Shown one piece after another: positions 37,862-50,100 of a stretch of 64,000 nt of DNA (its first letter is position 1; each line of letters begins with the position of its first letter). Below the pieces are notes generated by a model that was given only the letters and a program-made list of their open reading frames with translations, was not told where the DNA came from and made no database searches. Position numbers and translations under genes: made by a program. Location of the stretch: positions 109,988,001-110,052,000 of the forward strand of contig JANJGN010000007.1 of NCBI GenBank assembly GCA_026770705.1, in the 5' to 3' direction. This DNA comes from Isurus oxyrinchus (lineage: Eukaryota).

Positions 37862-38270
37862 CCTTGGGACCTCCCAGAGCGTTTCAGCCAATGGAGTGCT
37901 TTTCAAAATGCAGTCACTGTTGTAGGAAACAGACAATAGCTTGTGGACATCAGAGTCCCACAAACAACACTGCGATATTTACCAGATAATAATTTTGAAG
38001 CGATATTAGTAAAGGGATAAATATTGTGCAGGAGGAGAACTCTGTTGTTCTTCCAATTGTCTGGTGGGATCATTTACCTCCACCTCTGAGGATTGAGGGA
38101 GCTTGTTTTAATGTCTCATCCAAGATGGAGCACCATTGGCCATGAAGTTGTCCTTCACTACTGCATTAAAGTATCGGCCTAGAATTTGATTTGAATTCAC
38201 TGGAGTAGGAAAAGAGCCATGGCCTTCTCACCCACAGGGAGAGTGCTACACTTAGCTCAGGCTGACACGT
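37862..38270 (-). mobile_element. SINE remnant with an L2-like tail (DeuSINE-like)
   Basis: CCCAGAGCGTTTCAGCCAATG..TGTTGTAGGAAAC block; similar blocks near 25670, 28140 and 30590. Confidence 0.5.
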
Positions 38271-39339
38271 TTGTGTTACCATCATTAGTTAAGTCTAAAT
38301 GATTTGCAGCCTAAGCTGCCAACTCTCTCTAATAGAATCATCCTTATACCAAGCAGAATACAATGCACCAGCATCAAAGACCGATGCTGCTGTTGTTCTC
38401 CCTGTTCTGAGTTTACACGGGTGATGCCAATGAGTCAGGATCCGAGCTGGAACAGTCCTGATGTCATCTGACACAATCATTTGTGCAAACATTCCAAAAC
38501 AATTCATGAATAGGCATTGAAAATATCTATGAATAAAATAAATACTTATCATTCTAACTGGATTGGCCTTTCATTTATAGGAAATTCTCAGAACCTTCAA
38601 AGGAAAGAAATAGTGAAATAAGGAAAAATATTTTACTTACATGCAGAAAGGTTTTGTTTACACTAATTGTATTGCTCAAAAGTGTAAAAACAAAAGTTAC
38701 TGAACTAATATGCACATAACCATACCCTGTATGATTTTGTTGTTGTCTTACTAGTGCACCTTGACCCCAAAGCAGGGGTTTCCTCCAATTTCCCAAGCAG
38801 CGAAACTGCCACCTGCAGAATCCATAAAGCATTCAAAACACACTCAGACATTGGAACCCATTCTAATTTAACTTCCAAAAATAGTTTGCCATTAATATGG
38901 TAAAGCCAACGCACACCAAAAAGTATCTGTCTGACTCTCTCTGTGTCAGTCTCCCTTCTGTGTTTCAACCAACAGTAAAATGGTTCCCAACTGACAACAG
39001 CACCAACCTTGGTGGATGAATTCTGCACACAATCTGTATAAGATTACATTGGCTATATGGCACAGAAACATGTTGTTTGATCTAAACAGTTCATGCCAGT
39101 GTTTATGCCCCATTCAAGCCTCCTCCCATTTCTCATCTAAATGTATAATTATAACTAATATTGCCCTCTCTCTCAAATGCTCTTCTAGTTTCCCATTAGA
39201 TTCATCCATGCAACAGCTGTCCCTCATTCTGCACACCCAATGTGTTCTTAAAAACAGTGTGCTAAACAAAAATCACTTTTCCATGAGAAAAGATATCAGG
39301 TGGCTTACTGTTCTGACCTGTCATTTTTACATTTTTTTA

Positions 39340-40300
39340 TTCATTCATGGGTTGTAGACTTCACTGGCTGGACCAGCATTTATTGCCCATCACTAGTTGC
39401 TCTTGAGACGGTAGTGGTGGGCTGCCTTCTTGAACCACAGCAATCCATGTGGTGTAGGTAAACCCACAGTGTTGTTAGGGAGGGAGTTCCAGGATCTTGA
39501 CCAAATGACAGTGAAGGAATGGCAATATATTTCCAAGTCGGGATGGTGGTTAACTAGGAGGGGAATTTCCAGGTGGTGGTGTTCCCATGTATCTGCTGCC
39601 CTTGTCCTTCTAGATGGTAGAGGCTGTGGGTATGGAAGGTGCTGTCTCTGGAGCTTTGGTGAATCCCTGCAGTACATCTTGTAAATGGTATACACTGCTG
39701 CTGCTGTGAGTTGGTGGAGGAAGTGAACGTTTGTGGATGGGGTGCAATCAAGAGGACTGCTTTGTCCTGGATGGTGTCAAGCTTCTTGAATGTTGTGGGA
39801 GCTGCACTCATCCTGGCAAGTGGGGAGTATTCCATTGCATTCCTGACTTGTGCCTTTGGGGAGTGAGGAGGTGGCTTATTCATCGCAGGATTCATAGCCT
39901 CTTACCTGTTCTTGTAGCCACAGTATTTTTATGCTTACTTCAGCTCAATTTCTGATCACTGGTAACCCCCAGGATGTTGACAATGTGGGAATCTGTGATA
40001 GTAATGCCGTTGAACATGGAGAGGTGATGGTTAGATTCTCTCTTGTTGGAGATGATCATTGCCTGACACTTGTGTGGTGTGATTGTTACTTGCCACTTGT
40101 CAGCCAAAGCCTGGACATTGTCCAGGTCTTGCTGCATTTGGACATGAACTGCTTCAATATCTGAGGAGTCGCGAATGGTGCTGAAAATTGTGCAATCAAG
40201 AGCGAGCATCCCCACTTCTGACCTTATGATGGAAGGAAGGTCATTGGTGAAGCAGCTGAAGATGGTGGGCCGAGGCCACTACCATGAGGAACCTATGAGC
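39340..40300 (-). mobile_element. Non-LTR retrotransposon 3' fragment (RT C-terminus)
   Basis: QQDLDNVQALADKWQV, KAQVRNAMEYSP; 3' end near 39340. Confidence 0.8.
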
Positions 40301-40399
40301 TGCCTTGAACCCTAACTGGCCCAAAGATCCTCCTAATAACACTACTATTAGTGTAAGTAACTCGCTCATTCTTAATAACTTATGAATCCTCTTTACTTC

Positions 40400-41090
40400 C
40401 TGCTCACACCTTCTCGTCTCTCCTGCTTGCCACCTCTCTTGCCTTCCCTGCTCTCCGCCTTCCCCCGCCCACTCCACTCACCGCTTCCCTCTCCCAACCT
40501 TCCCGTTCCACCCTACCCTCTCCTGGCCCTGTCACTCACCGCTTCCCTCTGTCGAAGATGTCCCTCACTGCTGCTTCCGTCTCTCCCACTTGCTAACTCT
40601 CTAGACTTTCCTCCTTGCTGCTTCTCCCTCCCTCTCGACGCCTCTCCCGACATTCCTGCTTGCTACGTCTCCTAACTCTCCCATTAGCTGTTTCCCTCTC
40701 ATGACTCTTCCCCCTCACTGCTGTCCGCTCCCGACATTCACTCGCTGCTTCTCCCTACCCTTCCGCTCACCGTTTTCCTCTCAGGACCAGCTCGCTCGTT
40801 GCTTCCCGTCACCCCCCACCCCCCCCCCCAACCCCAATCCCTCCCCACCATCTCTCCCGCTCCTTCCCTCCCACACGCGGCCCTCTCACTCCCTCGCTCA
40901 CTGCTCTCTTGCTGCCTCTCTTCTGAGCCTCAGTCACAGCGAGGGCTTGGTAGAGGGGTGACCAGCAAGCAGGGAGTGGGAAGCAGCAAGGATTCAGGAG
41001 GGAGAAGCGGTGAGTGGGAGGGAGCTGGAGGGTCGGGATAGGGAAGCGGAGAGCGGTAGGGTCCGGACAGAGAAGTGGCGAGCAAAGTAG
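40400..41090. repeat. Pyrimidine-rich then purine-rich low-complexity tract
   Basis: C/T-rich on + from 40400 to 40930 with repeated CACTCACCGCTTCCCTCT and CTCCCGACATTC, then G/A-rich. Confidence 0.7.
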
Positions 41091-41559
41091 AGGTTTGTTT
41101 AAAAAACCTGAGCATGTACAGAAACTTCACATTCTTCTCACTCTTTGGATAAAGAAATTTCTTCCGAATTCCCTGGTAGATTTCTTGCTGACTCCTATAT
41201 TGATGGCCCCAAGTTATGCTCTTCCCCACAAGAGAAGAAATCTCTCTGTGTCCACTCCTCAAAGTCTTTCACAATTTTAAAGACCAGCACGAAGTCACAC
41301 CTCGGTCTTTTTTCGAACAGACAAGACCCAGCCTGCTCAACCTTTCCTGATATACATACCCACGTATTTCTACCTCCATATCTTTTTATTAACATAGCGA
41401 CCAGAACTGCGTTCAGTGCTCTAAGTGATCTAATCAAGATGCGAAACAAGTTTAGCGTAACTTCCCTACTTTTCAATAGAATTAAATCCTAGACCTTGTT
41501 GTTAGGCAAAAGGCTGCACTGAGTAGAGGTGCCCAGCCAACCGTAAACAGCGTGAGTGT

Positions 41560-43564
41560 AAAGGAATCCTGAGGGTTATTGCTGGCGACTCGAAAGAAAC
41601 GGTGCTTGTACCGTTCGTGTTAATGCAGGCCTAGTAACCTGGCTGCTTGCAGCCAATTCACTTATCCGGGCACTGCTGGTTACCCACCTGTACCGAAACG
41701 CCGCTTCATTGCCGGTTTTGAGGATAGCGACATCGGGACCAACTAATATCAATTGGAAATTTCGTGCGTCCTGAGACAGCAACTGGGATAGAGAAACTTA
41801 CAGTAGAAACGCCACATAAGTAGCTTTTATTTAAACATTACTCACCATTAAATCTTCTCTTCTTGGGAGTTTTTTTACATTGATTTATGAATTACATTAC
41901 TGGTCTCACTATGAGACAAAGAGATACATTTTATTTTGGGCTTAGCAATAATAAGCTCAACTAACGTAAACACTTTAACATTTGCAGCTCGTCGCGTGTC
42001 ACGCAATCAAATTTAAGGTATACATTATTGGGTTACAGACCAGGCATTAGTCCACTAAATGGCAAAACCTGCTGGGAGAGCCAAGGAGCCCGACCCTTCC
42101 TCCTTTGACCTTAAGCATTATATGACAGATGACACATGGTGGAATCTTCAAAAATACATCAAAATAGATTTGCCAATCCTTCTGTGACTCATTACTTTTA
42201 CTACGTTTGCCGAGGCCTCATTAATGTACTTCCAATATTTGACATTTAATTTCATTCCCAACATTCATAATTTTATTTTCATTAATCCAAATATTCTGCT
42301 GATTGTGATATTAGTGATCTCTCGCGTATACTTATCCCCTTTACTGTTTATTAACCCGCTGCAAGTGTTTCTACTGGAAAATGTCATGCACCTTTTTCTT
42401 CCCCCTCAGAATGTCAGTACCGGTCCCGAGAGAGATCACAAACAACTGTGTCACTCAATCGGATCGGATCTGGAGCTACGCCCCTGTTCAAGTGATGACC
42501 ATCAACAATTCTTTTTCGAGTTATCCATTAAAAAGCCCTGCGGAATAACAGATTTGTAACTCTTTCAGAGTCACAAACAATTAAACTAAATTAACTAAAT
42601 GAGAGATAAATAACAGATTTGTAACTCTTGTTGAGTTAAAACAATTAAACTAAATTAACAAAATTAGGATAAATCAGGCACAGCCCCTAATAAGGTCAGC
42701 TGTAAAACCAAGAACAAAGTTTAAAGGAAACTTACAACTTTAAACCAAAATGTGATAAAAGGGGTCAATAAAGCATCCCAGTCCCTGCGGTGCCCACCGA
42801 GCATGGAAGGCCTCGAGTGTGCCAGCAGACACCGTGTGCTCCCTCTCCAAAGACACCCGGCTGCGAATGTAGCCACGGAAGAGGGATAAACAATCGGGCA
42901 GGATTCCCCCATCGATCGCCTGGACCTGTTAATAGCCAACTTGGCCAGGCCCAGGAGTAGGTTCACGAGGAGATCCTCCTCCTTCCCAACCCCCTTCTGC
43001 ACCGGATGTCCATAGATCAGGAGCGTGGGGCTGAAGTGCAAACAAAACATTAATAAAGGGTTTTTCAAGTAACTAAAAAGGGAGTGCAACCTACCACACC
43101 CTATATAAGCATGGTCCACGGATTCCACAAGACCGCAAAAAGGGCATGTGTCCTGGGAGTCCGTGAACCTATGCATTCTACGATTATAGGGGACTGCTGC
43201 ATGCAACACCCTCCAACCCAGGTCCCCGATAGAAAGGGGAAGGACACCTCCATAGATGGCCTCCCATCGGGGGGCCTCCGCCGCCGGACGGCAACAAAGC
43301 ACGCCAGGGCGTGTCCGGGCGGCGGACAAGGGCGAGAAAATGGAAGGTGTGCAGCAGCAGTCCATACAAAAAGCTCCTCCGCGCCGTGCCAAATGGCACA
43401 GAGGGCATGTCCCCGAGGCGGCTCATATTGCGATAACAGATTTGTATATAGGTGCAAAGCGCTGGCCAATTATTGGATTCAATAAGGGAGGACAGTTGAG
43501 GCGGACAACTATCCTTCACTAATCAAGCAGCTACCACAAGTTCGCTCCTTCAGAACAGACCGGA
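41560..43564 (+). pseudogene. Degenerate LicD/fukutin-family (phosphotransferase-like) gene with possible ricin-B-like lectin repeats
   Basis: Across frameshifts: NAGLVTWLLAANSLIRAL (41622), RFIAGFEDSDIG (41702, DxD), FYIDL*I (41873), PLNGKTCW/KEPDP..LKHY..DDTWW (42052-42143); then QLCHSIGSDLELRPCSSDDHQQFFF (42410 exon), interrupted by Tx1 insertions and resuming at 43447 to a GTAAGT donor at 43565. Confidence 0.5.
42559..43432 (-). mobile_element. Two tandem 5'-truncated L1/Tx1-clade LINE insertions (42559-42609 and 42624-43432)
   Basis: WRVLHAAV..CPFCGLVESVDHAYIGC zinc knuckle; ATAACAGATTTGTA at 42545, 42610 and 43433. Confidence 0.8.
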
Positions 43565-45597
43565 GTAAGTGGGAATAATATATGTTCTATTTCATTATCC
43601 TATACCTCACAACAAGAGAGATTTTGCACTGGCTGTTACCAAGTGACAGTGGTAAGCGCAGGTTAATTGCATGGCTAAGCGCCCCGTGGCTCTCATTAGT
43701 TCCGATGTCAGCTCACTTACATTTGTGTTTACTAAACACCTGCCGCCTTTCCTACCCTTCCTTAAGATGGAACTGTGAGGAGGAACTGAGATAATAGCTC
43801 ACGTTTTACTGATTGTAAAGAGAAAGGAGATTTCGGTGAAAGTAAAGACCTCGGGGCTTTTCCACAATTTTTGGCGGTGTTACAGCGAATGAGGAGGCTG
43901 TTAAAAATGGAGGGGATACTTCACTTTATTGATGAAGACACAGGGTACAGTAAGGAAATTATTTTAAACTTTTATAAAGCACCATATCAGCCTCAGCTGG
44001 AAAGTTTTCTTCAAATCTGAAAACTGTCAGGGACTTGGAGAGGGTGGAGAAAAGATTTGCTGAAGGTTCGCCTGGTTTAAGGGTCTTGGGTTATGTGGAG
44101 AGACTGGAGAAGCTACAGTTGTTCTCCTTAGAGTCGAGAAGTTTAAGAGAAGGCTTGATAGCGACTTTCAAAGTTATGAACAGTTTTGATTAAGGAAATT
44201 AGGAGAGACTGTTCCCAGTGACACAAGAGTCGGTAACAAGAAGATAGAGATTTAAAGTGATTGGTAAAAGAAACCGAGGCATCTAACATTTGGCTGGAAG
44301 TTAGTTGCGGTGTAGCCCCATCCTGTTGTTGCCATCGGTTCGTACAGCTTAAATGGACGGCGGTGATGAGCAGAAATCCTGACTGATTTTTGCCTCCTGC
44401 TTTAGATAAGCTAACTCGGCACACAGCGGATTTGGAAACAGGAACCTGCAACAGGCTGAATGCAGTGAATAACCAGTCTTACTTTCATTGATATCTCTTT
44501 TCTCTTTGCAACCAGCTTGCTTTAGTTAGTCCAAATGCAAGTTTCACCCAGCACACCGCGAAAATTCCTTCCGAAGAATAATTATATTCGACTGGAAATT
44601 TTACTTCGGTTTCTATCTCTATAGATACTGCTGGACCTGCTGATTTTTCCAGGACTTTCTGCCTTTATTTCAGATCGTCAGTATCCCCAGTATTTTGCTT
44701 TTATTATTCGCGAATATTCCTTATTGCATTTCAGGCCTGCTGGACTAATAACTGTAACATTGAAAGATGTATATGTAGGACCAACATTTCATCTCTGGTA
44801 TGGTGAAGGTAAAATTGGACTCAACAGCTCTGGAATGAAAAAAAGGACAATGAGCATGATTATTAATCTAAATTGCTGTTGCAGTGAGCTGTTACTATTC
44901 CGGTGAGTGGAGACTGGTTGGGGTCTCGATCTAAATATATAAATAACTAAATATTTGCACAATCACATTGTCCATGCTCCTACATGAAGTCGAATGCCTT
45001 CGGTGAAGTGCTGGAGGACTGTCTGCGCCTCCGGCCTTCATCTTTAGTTTCAGGATGGAGTGAAGTATCAAAGGTAGGTGTTGACAAAGAAGGTGATTGG
45101 AACGAAGTGCCCCGGAAGCGGCTGAGAAAACATTGCCCTTCACGTGAAGGCTTTTCAGCCGGCAGTTAGGGGGGGTGATCATCAACTTCCCAGACGCCAC
45201 CACGGTAGAATAAACAGACTCAATACTCTGCTTTAGTCATGTGATCTCTCATGTCGAGGTCATACGTTCCACACATTTATCTATGAAATCAAGTTCTTAC
45301 CCAAGCCACTGGGGATATCATTCTCACTTACAGCAATTTGGCAACTAACTTTTTATTTGCAACATGTCAATGCAAGCTACAGTTCAGTACATGACTCTTC
45401 TGCGCATGGTTTGGCCAGGTACCTTTGGTTTTTATATGCTGCCGGTTTCAGAACAGCAAATCTTAATTTAAATTATTCTACAACTGTTACCATTGTAAAA
45501 TTGGATGCTGTTCCTCTCTAATTCGACTGCTGGCAGTTTCATAATGGATCTTATATTTTACTTCTCTTGCTAGATTTTCGTTATCTATTGTATGCAC

Positions 45598-46582
45598 ATG
45601 ATAGGGTCCCCCTTGTCCTCACTTATCATCCCACCAGCCTCCGCATTCAAAGGGTCATCCTCCGCTTTTTCCGCCAACTCCAGCATGACGCTACCGCCAA
45701 ACACATCTTCCCTTCAACCCACCCCCGCAGCGGCGGCATTCCGTAGGGATCGTTCCCTCTGGGACATCTTGGTCCACTCCTCCATCACCCTCGACTCCTC
45801 AACCCCCACCTATGGCACCGCCCCATGCCCACACAAAACATGCAACACCTGCCCCTTCACTTCCTCTCTCCTCACAGTCCAAGGGCCCAAAGACTCATTT
45901 CAAGTGAAGCTGCATTTCACTTGCATTTCCCCTAACTTAGTCTACTGCATTCGTTGCTCCCAATTCAGTCTCCGCTACATTGGAGAGACCAAATGTAAAC
46001 TGGGCGACCGCTTTGCAGAACACATGCGGTCTGTCCACAAGAAAGATCCAAACCTCCCTGTCGCTTGCCATTTTAACACTCCACCCTGCTCTCTTGCCCA
46101 CATGTCTCTCTTTGGCTTGTTGCATTGTTCCAGTGAAGCCCAACGCAAACTGGAGGAACAGCACCTCATCTTCCGACCAGGCACTTTACAGCCTTCCGGA
46201 CTGAATATTGAATTCAACAACTTTAGATCGGGAACTCCCTCCTACATCCCCACCCCCTTTCCGTTTCTTCCCCCTTCATTTTGTTTTTTTCCAATAATTT
46301 CTATAGATTTTTCTTTTCCCACCTATTTCCATTATTTTTAAATTTTTCATGCCCTGTTAGTCTTTCCACCCCAACCCCACTAGAGCTGTACCTTGAGTGT
46401 CCTGCCATCCATTCTTATTTAGCACATTCGTTTAGATAATATCACCACTTTCAACACCTCTTTGTTCTTTTGTCTGTGACATCTTTTGATTATCCGCCCC
46501 TATCACAGCTTGCTTGTCCCTACAACCACACCGCACCGCCCCCCCACTTCTCTCCCACCACAACCCCCACCCCCCCCCCCTC

Positions 46583-46613
<31 letters not shown>

Positions 46614-46734
46614 TAAACCAGCTTATTTCACCCCTCTCCTAATATTCACTCACTTCTGTTGAAGGGTCATGAGGACTCTTTCTTTCTCCGCCGATGCTGC
46701 CAGACCTGCTGAGTTTTTCCAGGTAATTCTGTTT
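45598..46734 (+). mobile_element. Penelope-like element (GIY-YIG) in copy B intron 1
   Basis: ORF 45592-46341 has the GIY-YIG motifs; TSD TTGTATGCAC at 45588-45597 and 46735-46744; empty site near 1703. Confidence 0.9.
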
Positions 46735-46938
46735 TTGTATGCACTGTCTTGTTCATTTTCTTTTATAGCCGCCGGAGCAACTTCGAACAAACTGGAGCAG
46801 TTCCCTAAATACTTGGAGGTGCCCAGTGGCGCGAATGTTTCCATATTCTGCAGATTTCCCATATTTCAAGGTCTTCCAGATGTTCGTTGGTGGAGATGAG
46901 GTGAGGAAATCTTTCTGGAACCAGACAACAGAAAGCGA

Positions 46939-47168
46939 TAAAAAACAAAAAAAAACTACGGATGCTGGAAATCCAAAACAAAAACAGAATTACCTGGAAA
47001 AACTCAGCAGGTCTGGCAGCATCGGCGGAGAAGAAGAGAGTTGACGTTTCGAGTTCTCATGACCCTTCGACAGTTCTGTCGAAGGGTCATGAGGTCTCGA
47101 AACGTCAACTCTTCTTCTCCGCCGATGCTGCCAGACCTGCTGAGTTTTTCCAGGTAATTCTGTTTTTG
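46939..47168. mobile_element. Palindromic pLTR/hammerhead mini-element inserted in the copy B V exon
   Basis: Arms meet at about 47072; TSD CAAYAGAAAGCGA at 46926-46938 and 47169-47181. Confidence 0.9.
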
Positions 47169-50100
47169 CAATAGAAAGCGAGTTGATGTAAAAAAAAAAG
47201 GAAGTAGTTCGTTTGACATCCTGAATGTGACTTTTACAGACTCCGGGGTGTATTATTGCAAAGTAAAGCATAGGCAAAAATTAATCGGAGACGGAACTGA
47301 CACCCAGCTCACTGTGCACGGTAGGTGTTCTTGTAAGTGGGAGGGTTACAGCTCTTTGCGATACATGTCATTTGAGCTTTTTATCACTTAAGGAAAACCT
47401 GGTGATATCGAATTCCTTTTACACATCATTGGGTTTTCTTCCATTGCCATCGGTGTACAACGGGCGTCTTAAATTTGAAATTAAGCAATGGAATAATATG
47501 AACAAAAAACAGAAAATGTCGGAAATATTCAGAAGGTCAGGGAGCCTTTGTGGAGAGAAACAGAGTTAGTGTTTCATGTCGACGATCATAATCGATCCGA
47601 AAAGTTAACTCCGTTTCTCTACACAGTTGTCGCCCATTCTGCTGAATATTTCCAGCATTTTCTGTTTGTATTTCAGATTTCCAGCATCTGCAGTGTGTTG
47701 CAATGGGATAGGATGGTTCGTCCTAACCAAAATAACGGAGCCACAGTGCAGCAATGGAAACGACTATAACGCTTCCTAGATCAAGTCATTTACACAATAT
47801 TCAATATCATTTAATTCACCTCAACAGTGTCTTACTTATTAGCTCAGATGATAACTCCCCGACTACAGTGACGAATATTTCATCTACCAGTCACCTTTTC
47901 CGCCCACTGCTCGAAAGAGCCCATTTAACAATCTAGTTACCGAATTATCCGAAAACTGAGATGTCTATGTTTTTGCTAGGTGTGGGTATCAGGGGAATAG
48001 AATTAAATCGGACAAATGGTGTTGAGGTAGAGATCAACCATAATCTAAGTGAATGGCAGGGCAAGCTAGCGGCGTTGGATGGACACCCTGTTCCTATGTC
48101 CGCAGTTTATACTTTGAACTTGTGTCCACTAATAACTTGTTCGAAATACCAAACTCCTTCCACAAAGTCATACTACAACCCCGTAAGAGGGGAGATGTTG
48201 ATTGTGCCCTCAATGCTAGATTCCACCCCAAGTCCTAGGACTTGCAGGACAATTAAAGGGCCAATGCCCTTATTTGAATCTCTGGGGTACACCAATTGCA
48301 TTCCTTCTGATGCACTCACAACTGGTAAAGTGGAGGCAGGACAACACCAAACATTTCTATAAAGGTCTGGGCTCCCCTATTTGTAATTCATAATTTCCAT
48401 GATCACTGTCTATAAACAGACAGAAGTTAGAGCACGAGAACAAGAAAACACTGGCTTCCTACTCCCCAGCGGGGATTCTGTCACTTTTTGTATTAAACCA
48501 AAAGCAGATCCATGGGGAAAGAATGGCGAAATTCTGAGGCTTTGCTGGGAATAAAGGCTAACAACATTTTGAAAGTTAATAAGGCCATTAATTTAATAAT
48601 TTACTATTAGTACAATACAGGAAAAGAAAACTTGTAAAGAAGACTGACTTTAACAAAAAACAAAAGATGCAACCTAATAGGAGACTTTACTTCCAGTTAT
48701 CAGGTGATTGCAGATAGAGCGGACAGATAGAGCGGTTCACATCAAAACATGGTAAATTTGGGCTGTTATAAGCAGAATCTTCCCCAAACAAAATGCGTTC
48801 AACGGACGGAGACTGAATGCAGTTGTAGAATGGTAAAACCCTGGAATTATATAAAACATGCATCCTGGGTTAGGATTTCCTATTCGGTTTCCGTCATCGC
48901 TTTGGATGTTGAGATCTATACAGCCATAAATAACTATCAAAATACTAAACACTCCAGCTCTCCGTCTCCCTCTGGAGAAAGACCCTTTGGTGAAAGATGC
49001 ACGATTTGAAACCTCTACCACAGACCCTGAAATGTTATATAATCAATGGTAACGCACGGATTCTAATCTATATCATTTTCTGGAATCTATTTAGATACCG
49101 GAGATATTTTCATATCACACATCTTCTCAATATAAACCATTAACACAAAATATCTTCTGAAACATGTGAAATATTCGAAAACGGCCATTTTTAAAATAAG
49201 CACACAACGTTTAGAACGACAACGATTTTTACAGAAAACGAGCGTCGGTCCCATTGTTCGTGTAGACTGGTTTGCGCTCTCTCGTTGATAAATTCGGACA
49301 GGAATCTCACTCGAGGTCTGTGCTGCAAACCCTAATCCCGCTCTGGTACCTGACATTTCCATTCCGGGCAGTGACACTTGTTTCCTGGTTGTTACCCTGC
49401 CTGGGACATAATCCCTCTTTGTGGGTCGCTCGAAAAGACACCTGGCAAATTTGCTGTGCTCCTCATAACATTGTATAAAATAAATGTAAACAGGCGACAG
49501 CAAGGATCACTATTCTCACAGTATGAGGTTAAGAACATATCGAGGATAGACAACTGAGAATGTGTTCCTTTAAATTCAAAAATATATTTCTTTCCTGTTA
49601 AAGTACCTCCAACACCACTGAAAATCGTTCCTGTTGAAGGGATTTCAACGACTTCTCATGAAACTCGAGTGTAAAACGGCTGCCTTTTACCCGGAGGATT
49701 TAAGAGTTTCCTGGCAAAGAGATGGTGTGGAAATTCTGACCGGAATAAAAGCTGTGAAAAGCGAGACCGTGGATGGGCTCCACGAGGTCTCCAGTTCTTT
49801 GGAAGAAGCACAGCCTGTCCGGAATAGAGTCGTTTATACCTGTCTGGTATATCACGAGTCTCTTCAGGTGCCCGCCAATGTCAGCTACATCATAAATCAA
49901 GGTAAGATTGGAAACATTTATAGTAGCGAGTGGGGATGTGCTCCAACCTGTGTTTACTCATTAGACATGTAGCTGGGCTGCTGTTCAAACTCGAGTATAC
50001 AGGGTGAATGTGGACTGTATTTACTCTCAATGTCACATTAATGGGAATGAAATAAAATAATCAAATGGTTTGTAGCTGGAGGAGGGGGAGAATATTTCCC

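Noticed and set aside
40382-41041. Pro/Leu/Ser-rich ORFs
   Set aside because: Produced by low-complexity C/T-rich DNA.
42545-42670. Direct repeats as a CRISPR-like array
   Set aside because: Eukaryotic context, only two similar units, and they are explained as LINE 3' ends plus target duplications.
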